Below, piece after piece: positions 1 to 13,339 of a stretch of 64,000 nucleotides of DNA. This DNA is from the human T2T-CHM13v2.0 reference genome, Homo sapiens, in NCBI RefSeq assembly GCF_009914755.1, contig NC_060928.1; one strand, 5' to 3'. Under the pieces are notes generated by a model. It did not search any database and was not told where the DNA came from. It was given only the letters and a program-made list of their open reading frames with translations. The position numbers and the translations under genes were made by a program. The stretch's first letter is position 1; every line of letters begins with the position of its first letter.

Positions 1-126
1 TTAGTTGTTTTTCTTGATCCTCTCCCTCCTCCCATTCTCCATCCTCCGAAAGGCCCCAGTGTGTGTTGTTCCCCTATGTGTAAATGCATTCTCATCATTT
101 AGCTACCACTTGTAAGTAAGAACATA
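1..126 (-). mobile_element. LINE-1 3' UTR fragment (older L1PA/L1PB)
   Basis: cctctccctcctccc...aaggccccagtgtgtgttgttcccc...catttagct...tgtaagtaagaacat is the reverse complement of a primate L1 3' UTR. Confidence 0.75.
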
Positions 127-363
127 CAAGAGCTACCATTATTTTCATCCACAAATGTAGTATATCGATTTTATCATTTTGTATAATTTGCTGATTATCT
201 TTTTTAATGTAAATGTTTCCATCATTACAAGTAATAATTGATTTATCCTTTCACTTCTAATTCTTCTAGGTCATTTAATTTCCTGGCCAGTTCTGTTAAA
301 TAGTAGAAGTGATAATGCACATCGTAATTTGTTTCTTACCTTAAAATAAATGTATATAACATT

Positions 364-560
364 GAACACAGATGGATATAAACATGGGACCAGTAGATAC
401 TCTGGACCACTAGAAGTAGGGGAGAGAGGTAGTGGGGAGGGGGGTGAAAAGCTACCTATTGGGTGCTATGCTCCCTACCTGGGTGCAATACACCCATGTA
501 ACAAACCTGCACATGTACCCCCATAATCAAAAATAAAAGCTGAAATTTTAAAAAAAGAAA
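364..560 (+). mobile_element. LINE-1 3' end (L1PA15/16-like) with A-rich tail
   Basis: gctacctattgggtgctatgct...cccatgtaacaaacctgcacatgtacccc...aaaataaaagctgaaa followed by an A-rich tail. Confidence 0.8.
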
Positions 561-1789
561 TGAAACTATAAAAACAATCGATATTATTAAATTATATTTA
601 AATTTAGAAATGTAAATTAAATACATTCTTCACCATGAAAAAACAAAAATAAATGTATTTGTAAATTTCTGGTAAAGCTTTTGTCAGCACAAGAACATTT
701 TTATGTATTCTTAGTTTTCTGATTTTTAAATTATTTTATTAGCCTTGTTTTACTCAATAAACAGTACCAAAGTATAATTACAATTAATGCCATTAATAAC
801 AGAAACGAGACTAATATGAATGCGATAAGAGCTGAGTGAGTGAAGGTCAGGAAGAGTGGCAGTTGAGGGGTCAAGGCAAGACTCACTGATGATTTCAATC
901 TGAACCACTAAACAAGTGACTCTCCCAAGTTTGCCAGGAAACTGCTGCAACTCTCCGATTTCTGGGAAAGGCCAAGGTGTTGGTCTTGATCTGCAGCAGC
1001 CAAGTAGGAATTTGTGCAGAAATCTATGAAACCATGGTATCTGGCTCTCACAACCTCCGTGGAATAAAAACCTCTCCTATAGTTCACTTTCCAAATATCG
1101 TGCAAGGTCCTTTCATTGGCAGGCTCTAGCCTGAAAGTATATAGGGAAGAAAATTCTGTAAAATAAATTTTCTGGCATCTGCAATGCAGAGTAGACCACA
1201 GAAGAGGGTGGGTGGAGTAAAGCAAAGTTGACAGCTGATCCTGCAGCCCAATGCAGTTTTTTTTTTCCTGTACATATTGAGATGACTGTGTAGATTTTCT
1301 TTTTTTTGACTCAATATAGTGAATCACACTAGTATATCTTTCTGATGTGGAACACTTTGGATTCCTAGAATAAACTCTGTTTTGTCTTGATGTCCTATCT
1401 AAAAAAACACTTTAGGATTCAAAATCTTAAATATACTATTATCTGTGTTTCCCACAGATAGATACTCATTGTAAGGAATCTAAGAGGATGTACTCCACTA
1501 AAGGAAAATGAATTTAGAAGAAACTTCTGTGATATGGAAAGTAATAACAAATAAAATACTTAGTAATAATTATACTGTCAATATTTGCAGTGACTAAAGT
1601 ATTTGCCATGTAAATTTGCTTTTAAAATTCCATTTTCCACTTAATAAACATTAATATTTATTTATATAATAAAATACTACTTTTATAGTATTTATTATTT
1701 ATAAAAGATACTAGCTGATTAGATACTAGTTGATATTAATCATCTGGTATCTGATAAATATAATTCATTTAATTCTTATGACAAATACT

Positions 1790-1975
1790 AATTCATTTAA
1801 TTATTATGACAATATTTTGAGGAAGGTAATACTAATATCCCCATTTTACAAATTAAAAAACTGAGACATGAAGAATAGTTGACTTTGCTCAAGGTCACAG
1901 ATTGATCAACTGTGTAGCTGGGATTTATACCCAGGCAGTTAGTTCCATGTACTGCTATTACCTACTATGTTAAGC
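1790..1975 (-). mobile_element. MIR SINE
   Basis: MIR core atccccattttaca...aaactgagaca...ttgctcaaggtcacag...ctgggatttatacccaggcagt. Confidence 0.8.
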
Positions 1976-3639
1976 TACCTCGATGCCAACATTTGGTAAA
2001 GAGAGAATGGAGATAATCCAGAAGAAGATAAAGACATGACAAAATTCTTATATTATTCATGAGGAAAATATAGAACATGAGACATTGTTCTTTTGCTTTT
2101 TAAATCAAATACTTGTATTCACGACATGATTGAATATGACCACATTACAGCTGTTAAATTTACAAATCATATTTCTATCCACCCACATACACTAATTTTT
2201 TGTCATTGTATTCCACATTTGGAGTTCATACAAATTGGTGGGCCCACCATGGGCTGTATGATTATTCCTGGTCTAGAGAACTATGGTGAGAGAGTGGCAT
2301 GAATATAAACATGTTTGATGGTGATCAATCCTTACTGTTAAATAATTTTTCAGGGGAAGTGAGGGAAATAGAAGAACACCACTCCCAGAAAAGAAGCATT
2401 GTGTTGTGTAAGTGAAGTATGTTCCTTAGTGTAAAAATGAAACTTAATTTAAGAAAGTTTTATCTTTCTAGAACTGGTGTAATTGGGCCTCTACTCCTGT
2501 GGTGTATTTTTTGTGGAAAGGTATGTGCCAGTACACCTTAAGAGTGCTCTTTATAATTTCCTCTGAGACAATTTTAAATAATATATGTTTTACTAACAAT
2601 GTTTTTCTTATTTTTAGTCAGACCTCTCTTAACTGACACCTGTCATTCTGTAAAACTCATATGCCAGAGACAGCAAATTTATTAAGGCATGAAGGGATAA
2701 ATACATATAGTTATCTCTTTTTTCCCTAGGAAAACATTGACCTCAGCTATTTCCTGGTCATTTTGTTTCAGTTTTCTGAAAATATGGCTTAACATAGCAT
2801 CATCCCATAACATTTACTCTATGGAGCAGTCCATCAGCAGTAAGAGAACAACAAAGTGATGGCAAGCACGTAATCACCATCACATACCCACAGAATGTTT
2901 TAATTAAGAAAACCTACCAGAAAGACAAAGATATGGCAATATCCTGTGATTGGAAGAAAACATGGGAGAATATTTCAAAAAAGTTGAATATATACAAGCT
3001 AATAAATTCCTATTGTAATTGTGTAATTCCCACAATGGTAGTTGTAGAAATAGAACTATCCACCTGCTTACCCTGTCTTCCTCATTCTATCCCTCCTAGA
3101 CTTGAGAATTTGCTTCTGCCTCTAGAAATCCATCTAATGTTATCATGTTGACACATTTGTCTTATAAATAAATGACTTGAAAGCAAACTATAGGCTTTTA
3201 GAGGGGGTCAGGATTATAGTGGGGCAATGTAACAGGAGGGCAGCATAAGTGGGGAGCATTGGAGGCATTTTGGGGTGCTGCCAGGGAAGATGGTTCAAAG
3301 GATCTATATCTGAGATTCATTGATAACATTACTACTTAATAAAGACAATAAATGTGAAGAAAATAACATCTTAGAATCATAATCAAGCCAAAAGCTGATG
3401 TTGTGCTCAGTTTTTCCACATAGCTTTATGACATAGAAATACGGAGTCACAAGAAGGCTGAACAATGTGGAAAATGATTCTAAATACTCCTAAGAGAAAA
3501 AAAATGTTGTTTTGGTGCCACAGTTCTGAAAGAGATTTAGGGAAAAGAAAAATGAGCAGATCCTTAACTCTTGCTACTATGGGGTTTCTAGTAAATTGAT
3601 TCTGTCCTTTAGGATCTGCTATACTCCTGCTTTCGAGCT

Positions 3640-4030
3640 CTGAATTGCTTAGGAATAGGTTCAGCAGCATATAAAAATGCTTAATGTGGCTGAACAAAAT
3701 AGGGAGATTTTTTCCCTCATGCAACTAGGAGTTTGAAAGTTGGTAATTCAGGGCTAATACATTAGAATCACAGTCTCATCAGTGTCTCAGGCTTACTCTG
3801 GTCCCCAAGGTTGCAAGATTTCTCTTCCCCAATTCCCCAGCATCACGAATTTTCCTTTCCCCAAGAGAAGAAAGGAAAGCTATGAGCCAGCTAAGTCTGT
3901 GACTGTTTTGCAGAGCATTTCTCAAAGTTCCGCATAATGGCCTCCACTTATATTTTTAGCCAGAACTGTGTCTAAAGCTACTTCTGTCTACAAAGGAAAA
4001 TGGAAGATGTAGTTCTTAGTTGTTCCCATT
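3640..4030 (-). mobile_element. Old MaLR LTR (MLT1J/K/L-like), degraded
   Basis: ccacttatatttttagccagaactgtg...caaaggaaaatggaagatgtagtt resembles old MLT1 LTRs. Confidence 0.5.
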
Positions 4031-4199
4031 ACTGTCTTCAGAAAAAAAAAGACATTTGTTGAGAGAGAATAAAGGGAAATTGAATACTGGATAGTCAGGC
4101 ACAGTGCACTATGTGGTATACACTTCATACACTTCACTATCTGGCAGGGGCTATAATAATATCAGATATTATTGTTACTTGAGCAAATATGTATGATTT

Positions 4200-4530
4200 T
4201 CCTACAAGGCATATTTAGAATAGTACTTCCTTCCCTCATTGAAATTAGGTGGGTCCATGTTTCTTGTTTAGCCAATAACATCAAGAAAAGTGATATGTGT
4301 CTTTTCATGGAGAAAACTAAGAGCTATTGTGCAATTGGCAACTCTGCTACAGGATTTTTAGTGTTCCAGATGGTGGTAACTGCTTCAGCCTAAAGACCCT
4401 GAGTGATTACAATGAGCAGGGTTCCTCTGTTGATAATAATAGGCATGAAACCTGAAGCCTGTACATGGTGTCAAGCCACAGAGAGTCAGGGGTTACTTTT
4501 TACTACCATATCATCTAGCCTACCATGATC
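4200..4530 (+). mobile_element. Old MaLR LTR (MLT1I/J-like)
   Basis: gaaattaggtgggtccatgt...gccaataa...cagatggtgg...aagccacagagagtcaggggtta...tctagcctacc. Confidence 0.55.
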
Positions 4531-5789
4531 ATTGCCTCCTGGCGCTAGACTCTATAGAATATCTGGTCATTTCTATTTCTTTATCATATTTTTAGTCATC
4601 TTCCCCTTTTATGTTTCTGATCCCTTTCTCTTCCTTCCTTTCATTAGCCACCCTCCTCCACCCCTTTATCTTTATCCAAGTGAGCTGCACTTGTGAATAC
4701 CACCTAGCCTTATTATTTGCACTGAGGTCAAAAGAGTTACTTTCTCTGAGCTGTGGAATAAGATACCATAATTTACAGAAGCTCTGTTTTGCTCTACTTA
4801 GCACAACTTAAAACAGCCAAGTGCTGTTGACCAGCCAAGTGCTCTGTGCAGCATCTGAGATTGTCTTTTTCTCAGCATTCCTTTCAATATTTGGATAAGA
4901 TTAAAGACTGGCACAAAAAGAAGTCTTCACTAACATAATTATGTTACTGGATTAAACTTGATGATAGCTGAGCAAGTAAATAATGGTTTTAATTTAAATT
5001 TTTACTGTACCAGCCAAGAATGCAGAGAAGAAATAGGAAACTGGATGTGCTATCACAAAATGTAAGTCCTGAAATCTAATTGAAATGACATAAAAGAGCA
5101 TGTATCTGGAAGCTTCACACATTCTACTTAGAGTAGGCTTAATTGGCTATATAGTGCTATATTTAGATGTCATGATTATGGTATGTTTTTAAAGCAGAGA
5201 TAAATAATAACTTTCACTGCTAAGCAAGATTTTATGATTATTATATCCTACACAGATGATAAAAATCATCTAAATATGTCTTGCTTTAGAAGCAAGATAT
5301 TGTGTAGTAATTAGATCAGGATGACCAGATTTTTAAGAAGTGTATTAAGTGCATATTAAGAGTAGAGGATATATAAGACTCTTAGAACTTAGAACTCATT
5401 TTGGAAGTTTAATTAAGTTAACTCATGAGTGCCTTGGCATGAAGATTAGGAGTTAAAGATCCTATTTTTACCACTCTCAAATGGTTTAGGATCCTATTTA
5501 ATTAGACATATTCTTCTTTTTGTCCTAACCACCTTTTTACTGATATTCAGGGAGTTGCATTCATTTATTCAAGTTAAAATAACACCTCTAAAATCTGAGT
5601 TAATTGTCTCAGCAAAAGTGTGCATAATGTCATCAGAAATATCAGAAATTTTGCCATTTGTGGTAGGTACCAGTTGTTTTTGTTGTTGACTATTTTTTTC
5701 CACGTTCCTCTTCAGGCTGTGGAGTTGCTCCTACCATACCTCATGTGGTTCTTTCGTAGTGGTCAATTCTTGTGTTCAAGGGATAATTC

Positions 5790-6310
5790 ACGAATTATGT
5801 ATTTGTTGGATGTGATTTGCTAATATTTTTAAAGTATTTTTTCCATCTATTTACGTGAGGCATACTGGTCGGTAATATTCTTCCGGGTTTTTTGTTATAA
5901 TTCTTTATCAGATTTTAGTATTAGTGTTATATTGACCTCATAAAATGAGTTGGGCATTTATTTCATCTCCTCTAAATTGTCTGTAGAAGATTAATTCTAT
6001 TTTGTCCTTGAATATTTTTAACGTATTAATAATTCATTAATGAAAATATCTTTGCCTGGATACTTCCTATCAGGATTTAGGCAAAAACACTTCATTTCTG
6101 TAATAGACGTAGAGCTGTTTCTTCCCGTTGATGGAACAAGTTCAAAAATTTGTCCTTATTTCAAATTTGTCAAATTTGTTGCCATAAAATTGTTCATAGT
6201 ATTTTCTTATTATCCTTTTAATGTCTTTCTTATAGGGACACCATCATAAAACGTATACTAAAGACTCACTACTTTTAAATTTTTTAACCTTTTAAATATT
6301 GGTAATTTCC
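5790..6310 (-). mobile_element. Old L1M ORF2 fragment
   Basis: ttgctaatattttt...cagattttagtattagtgttatattgacctcataaaatgagttggg matches the antisense L1 RT region. Confidence 0.7.
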
Positions 6311-6384
6311 AGGGTATAATCTTTACTCCTTTTCTTTTCTCACTTTATGAGCTACCTGAAAGAGGTCTTCTCTACTTCATAACA

Positions 6385-6470
6385 TTTGAGAGTAAGGCCA
6401 GGCACTAGTATAACAAACATCTCTCCTAATGGTTCAAATGTGCATCCATAATTGAGAATTGCTGCTTTAA
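6385..6470 (+). mobile_element. MER5-like hAT-Charlie MITE fragment
   Basis: taacaaacatctctcctaatggttcaaatgtgcatccataattgagaattgctg resembles the MER5 terminus. Confidence 0.4.
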
Positions 6471-6624
6471 ATGCTCAAGATTCTAACCTCTAACTTCTGA
6501 TTCTTCCAAATTACTTCCAAGAACCTCCAGTAAATTTGTTTTCAGCTGCATACTAGAATGTTTGAGAAATTTGAGTTCATTATCATTATCTCTAAGACTT
6601 GCTCTTCTTTCTCTAAGTTTTTTC

Positions 6625-6800
6625 TTTATAAGCCAACTCAGTTAAGATAAATTTATACTAAAATGCCTCATTTTTAGTGTAGAGACCAAAAGCTTTTGAA
6701 AAATGTATTCACATATGTAACAACCACCCTAATCAAGATATGCATTCCTGCCATCCCAAAAAGCTCCCTTATGTTCCTTTGCATTCATTTTCCCTTTTAT
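6625..6800 (-). mobile_element. L1MB/ME 3' UTR fragment
   Basis: atttttagtgta...ttttgaaaaatgtattcacatatgtaacaaccaccctaatcaagata. Confidence 0.65.
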
Positions 6801-6849
6801 GTATCATGTCAAATTAGTAAAAATAAATGCAATGAATTGGAAAACAAGT

Positions 6850-9153
6850 AGAGTTAAGATTGGGCCTTGGAAAAGCCAAAGAAATGAGTTAGCCAGAACC
6901 CCAGCACTTCTTATATACTTCCTGCTATGCCTGATCTTACTCTTATTATAATCTACTGAGATATTTCCCAGGAACAGAGGACATTTTGATCTGCCTTGCA
7001 ACTGAAGTCTGAGGCCATGGGGGAGACTGTTAAACAAGACTAGAGCAATAGTCGTAGGGCCAAATAAGTCCTAGACTAAAGGTTTCTCTGAATTCGTACC
7101 AACAAGGCATTAGACAAGCTTTGAAAGGGTATAATTTACTTGAGTAACTTAACTAAATTAAGGTAACTGTGTAACAGTGCAAACTCCATCAATAGATAAA
7201 GTATACAAAAATCTAGTACCAAACAGAATTGAAAATAGCCAGTATTCAATTTTTAAAAATTTACTAGGCATGCAAGTAAGTTGAAAATTAAGACCTTTAG
7301 TTATGAGAATATTTAATCATTAAAAAGAGATACAGATATGGGATAATTAACATAAATAAGTTAATACAGCTGTTTTAAATATACTGTATATGTTTAAAAA
7401 GTAGAGGAATCATGATTATGATGAGGAGAGAAACATAAAATTTAAAAAATAATTCAAAACCTAGAAATAAAAAATACAGCATCTGAAATGGATAATACAA
7501 CTGAAAGTGATCAATAGAAATTAGACAATGTAGAAGCAAAATTTTGAACATAAATACTTAGCTATAAAAACTATTCCCAAAATAAAACACCAAAAGAAAA
7601 AATATGACATAAAAAATTGAACAGAGCATCAGTTATGTGTGATACACTATCAAATGGTGCAACACACGTGTAATTGGAGTCCTAGGAAAAAGAAAAGATG
7701 TTGAGGGTAGTGGAAAGAAAATATATTTGATGACATAAAGGCAAAATTTTCTAAATTTGATGAAACATTTTTAAATAAAATAAAACACAGAGAAAATACT
7801 ACCAATGTACATCACAATAGAAATGCTAAAAACCAGTGAAGAAAAAGTCACACAGAGCCAGTGAAAAAAAGACTCTATCTATCTATCTGTCTATGCAGGA
7901 ACAAATTTAAGAGTTATTGTAGATGCCTTGTAATGACCTAAGGAAGCCAGAAAACAATGTAATGACATTTTAATGTACTGAAAAAAAACTGTCATCCTAG
8001 AATTCTATTTACAGAGAGATAAGAAGAAATTTTAAAAATTAAAAAATTTAGAGAATACATTATTAGCAGACCTGCATCACATGAAACGTTAAGAAAGTTT
8101 TATAGGCAGAAAAGCAATGATACTAGATAGAAATTTGGATCTAAAGAAATAAAGAACACTAAAATGGTAATGTGTATGGAAATATAAAAGTTTGTACCTC
8201 ACTTTTTAGACTCTTTAAAAGATAATTTACTATTTAAACAAAAAGTAGTAACAGTATATTGAAAGATTTATAAATTATGTGGAAGTAAGATGAATGATAA
8301 AATTATTACAAAAGATAAGGAAAATGGAAGTACATTACTGTGTGATTCTTACACTGTATATGGAGTGATATAACATTATTTGATAGTAGCCACAATAAGT
8401 TGAAGATATGTTATGTAAATTTTAAAGCAATCACTAAAAAAGAAAGAAAACAGATACTGCTAATGGGTCAAAAGAAGAGATCAAATGGAGTCATAAAATA
8501 TACTCAATCAACAAGAAAGCAGGGAAATGGAACAAAAAGGATATAAAAAATTAGAAAAAAATACCAAGATGGTAGATTTAAATTCGACAATATCAATAAT
8601 TGTATTAAACTTAAATTGTCTAAGAAATCCAAGTAAAAGGAACATTTTTCTGATTTCCTTTTAATTAGAAGAAACAATTATCCTTTTCTACAGGGAAGCC
8701 TCTTTAAATATATAAACATAGATAAATTAAAAGTAAAAGGATACAAAAAGACATATCATGCAAGTATATATTGAAAGAAAACTGGAGTAGATATATTAAC
8801 ATCAGACAAAGTACATTTCAGGGCAAGGAGTATCACCAGAGATAAAGTGGTCAATTCATCAAATGAAATAACATTTAATAACATTTAATAAAAGAGCTTC
8901 AGAATATATGAAAAATAGGTGCAGTTGCCTGCAGCTGTAGTTCTATAACAGCTACTCAGGAGGCTGAGGCAGGAGAATCATGTTGGCCCAGGAATTCAAG
9001 GTTGCAGTGAGCTGTGATCACACCACTGCACTCCAGTCTGGATGATCTGGATGATAGAGTAAGACCCTGTATATCTAAAAAAATTAAATAAATAAAAGAA
9101 AGAAACAAAGAGAAATTGCTACTACTTAATGGAAAAATAGAAAAATCCACAAT
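6850..9153 (+). mobile_element. Old L1M 5' region (ORF1, inter-ORF, start of ORF2 endonuclease), decayed
   Basis: A-rich sense strand; ORF1 gtgtaattggagtcc and aactgtcatcctagaattcta; ORF2 EN gaaaactggagtagatatattaacatcagacaaagt; interrupted by an Alu monomer. Confidence 0.75.
8917..9105 (+). mobile_element. Free Alu monomer (FRAM/FAM-like)
   Basis: Single arm gctactcaggaggctgaggcaggagaatc...gttgcagtgagctgtgatcacaccactgcactccag with A tail; no left arm. Confidence 0.8.
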
Positions 9154-9954
9154 CCAAGTCTTGCTTAAATTGCATACTGAAAAAAAACCTTGGCATTATA
9201 AGAAACATCTATCTTGATAGTCCATATCAGAAAGATACAACTTTTTTTCTACCATTGCCAGATCTTAGCCTGTTCATGAACTTAGAACTCTGAATAAAGC
9301 AAATGTCTGCTCCCTTTGAAACTACTGGCACAGGTATGTGCTATCAATCTTTCTTCTAGCCTCTACTAAAGACTTGTAGTCATTTACTAGAGTGGTAGTG
9401 CATTGGGAAAAGGACATATTGAGACTTTGGGGGGGACTTTTGAACATTTCTTTAAACTACTTTAATTTTTTGTGATCCAAGAAACATCACTGTGATGAGA
9501 ATGAGGGGTTGAGAAGTTATGGCAGCCAGCTGATATGTGAACATTTGGTGAGAACTCATTTTACAATTGTCCAGTGAATCTAAGAACATACTCCGTGGTT
9601 ATACAAATGCATAATTGGAATAGACATGGAAATATTGAGCAGATGGTAGAATTCCTAGATTGGCTCTTTAAACCAAGGAATGAGAATTGTTATGATAGAA
9701 ATCATTAAGTAGAAGCTTGATTTTCCTTGTCCATCAAAAGAGTAGACTGAAAAGCAATAGTGTATTCTTGAAAAATAATCCTAGAGTTTATTCCATCATC
9801 AAAGATGTATGAGGGATGATATCACACCCCTACTTAACTCATTTATTAGGACTATGTGAGAAAAGCAGGGAATTTGAGGAATGACAGGGGATTATCATAA
9901 ATTTAATAAGGTGGTGATTCAAAGTACAGTTACCGTTCCAGATGTGATTTCTTT

Positions 9955-10259
9955 TTTCTATTTTTTTTTTTTAATTTTGAGACAGAGTCTCACTCTGTTG
10001 CCCAGGCTGGAGTGCACTAGCACAATCTCAGCTCACTGAAACCTCTGCCTCCTCAGTTCAAGCAATTCTCATGCCTCAGCCTCCCAAGTAGCTGGGATTA
10101 CAGGTGTGTGCCACCATACCCGGCTAATTTTGTATTTTTAGTAGAGACAGGGTTTCTCCACGTTGGCCAGGCTGATCTTGAACTCCTGACCTCAAGTGAT
10201 CTGCCTGCCTCAGCTTCTCAAAGGGCTGAGATTACAGGCATGAGCCACTGTGCCTGGCC
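9955..10259 (-). mobile_element. Alu (AluSx/Sz-like) inserted in ERV-L RT
   Basis: Full dimer; TSD cagatgtgatttcttt (9939-9954) / cggaagtgatttcttt (10260-10275). Confidence 0.95.
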
Positions 10260-12432
10260 CGGAAGTGATTTCTTTACTGGCCACAACTAAGCTTTGATCT
10301 GGCAAAAGAACTTTTTTTTTGATTAGCAAAAACTTCCAAAAGTAGTTTGTATTCACGTGCAAAGACAGTAGTATATTCTTTTAAGACCTCTCAAACTCTG
10401 TGTTTTAATAGAGGATGCAAAGACCTTGATATTTCACCATTCCTTGAGGTATCTATTTTTTTGCTTATTAAATTGATGGCATCGTGTTTATTTGACCTTT
10501 AAATAGGAAGTAGCATACACACATAGTAAAACGTGTATGTCATGGGGAGAGAAGTCAACCCCATTACAATTAGGTGCTTGCCTCTCCAGGGAAGTTTCTA
10601 GGCATCCAGCTATCTAGGACATAATAATTTTTCTAACCCAAAGTGTAAGAAAAGTTGCTGCACATTGCATAACCTGCCACTGAGAAAGAGGAACATTTGA
10701 TGGATCTCGTAGTAATTTCTAGACAATATATGTCCATTTCTCTATGATGCTTTGGCTCATTTACTAAGAAATTTGGAAGGCTTCTTTTTAGTAGATCCCA
10801 GAACCAGAGAAAGTTCACTAGCTAGACTCATCTCCAAAATAATTTTCTTTCAATTAGGTTTTATTACCCAAAATTTCAAAGATGCTCAAAATGTCTGCTG
10901 TAGGTACAGATTACTTGTGGAGTCTCTGGCAAACTCTAATACAAGAATCACAGTTCCGTTTCATAGGGTTTGGAATGAAACTGTACCACGTTCAAAGAAA
11001 AACCTTCTTTTTTAAAAAAAACTAAATTAAACAAAACCATACATTTCTTAGCTCACTAATGGTCTGTAGTAGAGACCAAATATCTGACCAAGTGACACCA
11101 AATGACTATAAAATCTCAGCTGCCCATCATGAATTAGATATCAGCTGGTTCAACAAAGCATAAAGTTGAACATATTAGCTCTATGGTCAAGTAGAAGGGA
11201 TATATGAAAGAGAAAGAGAGGTCTAATAGACACTGAAGTTATAGGTATACTTTGTTCACAGAATGGTAAGATGCCAGTAGCCTCTATCACTTCTTGCATC
11301 ATCCTCACCTTTGACCTCATGATGAGTTTTCTAAAATTCCTATTGAATACGAAAAGATTCACACTTTACTTACAGATCATTTCACCCAGTATCTTGTTGC
11401 TAGACTGAAGTGGATTTCTGCAACATTATAATTTATCAGGAGTGACCCTGAATGACAGAGGAAAGGGAAGTCCTACAAATGGGCAAATCTTCAAGCAGTT
11501 GTCCACTTGCTTAGTAACATAAATGGCCCAAAGTATAGGTTTATAGCATTACTTTTTAGAAATGGCTAAAGGTTTTGTCAGATTCTCATGAACTTGGAAG
11601 GAATGAAATGAGATGGTTGGTAAAAAAGATGTCCAGAAAAGTTGTCTTAATGAATTTCTTGGAATAGTCACAAAATGTGAGGATATTTGCATCTCAGCGA
11701 AATAATCATTGACGTGCACCCACTAATAAGGAGGTTCTCTGTGATCAGGTTGACAAGAAGATGTGTCCTGTAAATATTAATCAGCCTCTTTCCCTTGCAC
11801 AGTTTTTACACAATAGGCTTATGTGGCCATGGAGGCAGATATGAAAGTTACAAATGTACTCAACAAAATAGACTGGTCCTCATGAAGTTTTATCTGGCCG
11901 TTAAGTGGCCATCTAAGTGCCCAAACTGTCAAGATTAGAGAGCACTGTTGAGCCCTTTCCTTAGCCCCATTCTGCAGAGAACCAATCAACCATAACGTGG
12001 TGGGTTGATTACATAGAGGCATCAGTGATGATTTGTTCTCAAATAGACATGTAGTCTGGATATGGATCTGTATTTCCTACCTGCAATGCTTGTATAAGTA
12101 TAACAATTTGTGAAGTTGCTGAATGCCTTGTTTGCCATTTATGGTATCCTGCCATTTATGGTATCTTACCAAAGAACTCATTTTACAGTAAAATAGGTAA
12201 GAAAAAGGCCAACACTCATAAGATTCATGGGTATGATCATGTACTCCATTAGCTGACTTGATGAAATGGTACAATAGCCTAATGTTGACTGATTCATGTT
12301 CCTTACTGGTTGACAAATCCTGCAGGAATACTGAGCTCCCCTATCAGGTTGCGATATATGCTTGCAGATAACGGCAGCATACGTAAGTTCAAAAACCAAG
12401 GTGTGGAAAGGGAATTGCTTCTATTTTTTTAC

Positions 12433-12636
12433 ATAGTGTTCTCATTTGGGCTTAATTTTGCACTCCTACTCCCACCAGACATCTGGCAATGTCTGGATAC
12501 ATTTTTTATTTTCATGACTGTGGGAGAGGTAGAGGGCAAAGATGCTGCTAAACATCTTGCAATAAATAGGAAAACTCCCTACAATGAGAATAATCCAGTC
12601 TGAAATTTCAGTTACGGTAAGTCTGATAAACTTTGA
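12433..12636 (+). mobile_element. MER20 hAT-Charlie MITE inserted in the ERV-L integrase 3' end
   Basis: gacatctggcaatgtctggatacatttt...gtagagggcaaagatgctgctaaacatc matches MER20. Confidence 0.85.
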
Positions 12637-13061
12637 TCTATACCTAATGACACACTTAAAAAATACATGATTCCCATTAGCACAACCTTGGGTTCTGCTG
12701 ATTAAGAATCCTTCTTAGTTCTCAGGAGTGGAACTAATATGATTTATGGCCTCATGACCAATTATAGAAATGAAAACAGTAGTAGCTATGCATGTTTTTC
12801 TGTTTCTTTGTCAGGTATGTATGTATTATGTATGAAATTTCCTTCTTCATTTAGCTGAATATCTTACATAAAGTGCATTGAGGGGAGTTATCTTAATAAT
12901 TTAGTCTCTAGGTTATAAAATGCCCAGAAGGGCTGTGACTAACTGGAAAAAGGAATTACATGATCCAGATATGAATATGGTGTTTTCTGAAATGTGTTTT
13001 CATTTTGGGGGGATAAGTTAAGCTCATCTTGGTTTGTACAAGGAGAATTTCATCATTTTAG

Positions 13062-13145
13062 ATGGAAACATGATGTTATTCTTTTTGTTGTTTGGAAGCT
13101 TAATGGAAACATGATGTTATTCTTTTTGTTGTTTGGAAGCTTAAT
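13062..13145. repeat. Perfect 41-bp tandem duplication
   Basis: atggaaacatgatgttattctttttgttgtttggaagctta at 13062-13102 and 13103-13143. Confidence 0.97.
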
Positions 13146-13339
13146 ACTGGCATAATGATGGAAATGGATGCTGACTGGAAGCCAATTGGGGCTTTGAAAC
13201 TTTCCTGTTAGCAACTTAGTACAATTTCCACTTCCTTCTATGCTCTCCTGTTGCACAACCAAATTCACACCTTATCTTTGCAGAATTCTGTTGGTTAACT
13301 TTCCCACATCCACTTCATTCACTCTAAACTCCATTCCCG

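Larger units (their letters stand above)
9160..13195 (+). mobile_element. ERV-L family internal region (gag end, protease, RT, RNase H, integrase), heavily decayed
   Basis: Protease gtgcattgggaaaagg...aatgcataattggaatagacat; RT gaatgacaggggattatcataaatttaataaggtggtg (RMTxDYxKLNxVV) and a decayed YIDD site TAA ATT GAT GGC at 10469-10480; integrase tgggttgattacat and atagacatgtagtctggatatgga (VDYI, IDTYSGYG). Stops and frameshifts throughout; no LTR seen. Confidence 0.85.

Noticed and set aside
830-1180. Possible old LTR fragment underlying the 139-aa ORF
   Set aside because: Family not assignable and the ORF is not protein-like
1761-1815. Imperfect 28-bp duplication (also a 12-bp repeat at 4814/4832)
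   Set aside because: Ordinary slippage products with no further structure
13062-13145. Direct repeats as a CRISPR-like array
   Set aside because: Only two adjacent copies, no spacers, eukaryotic context
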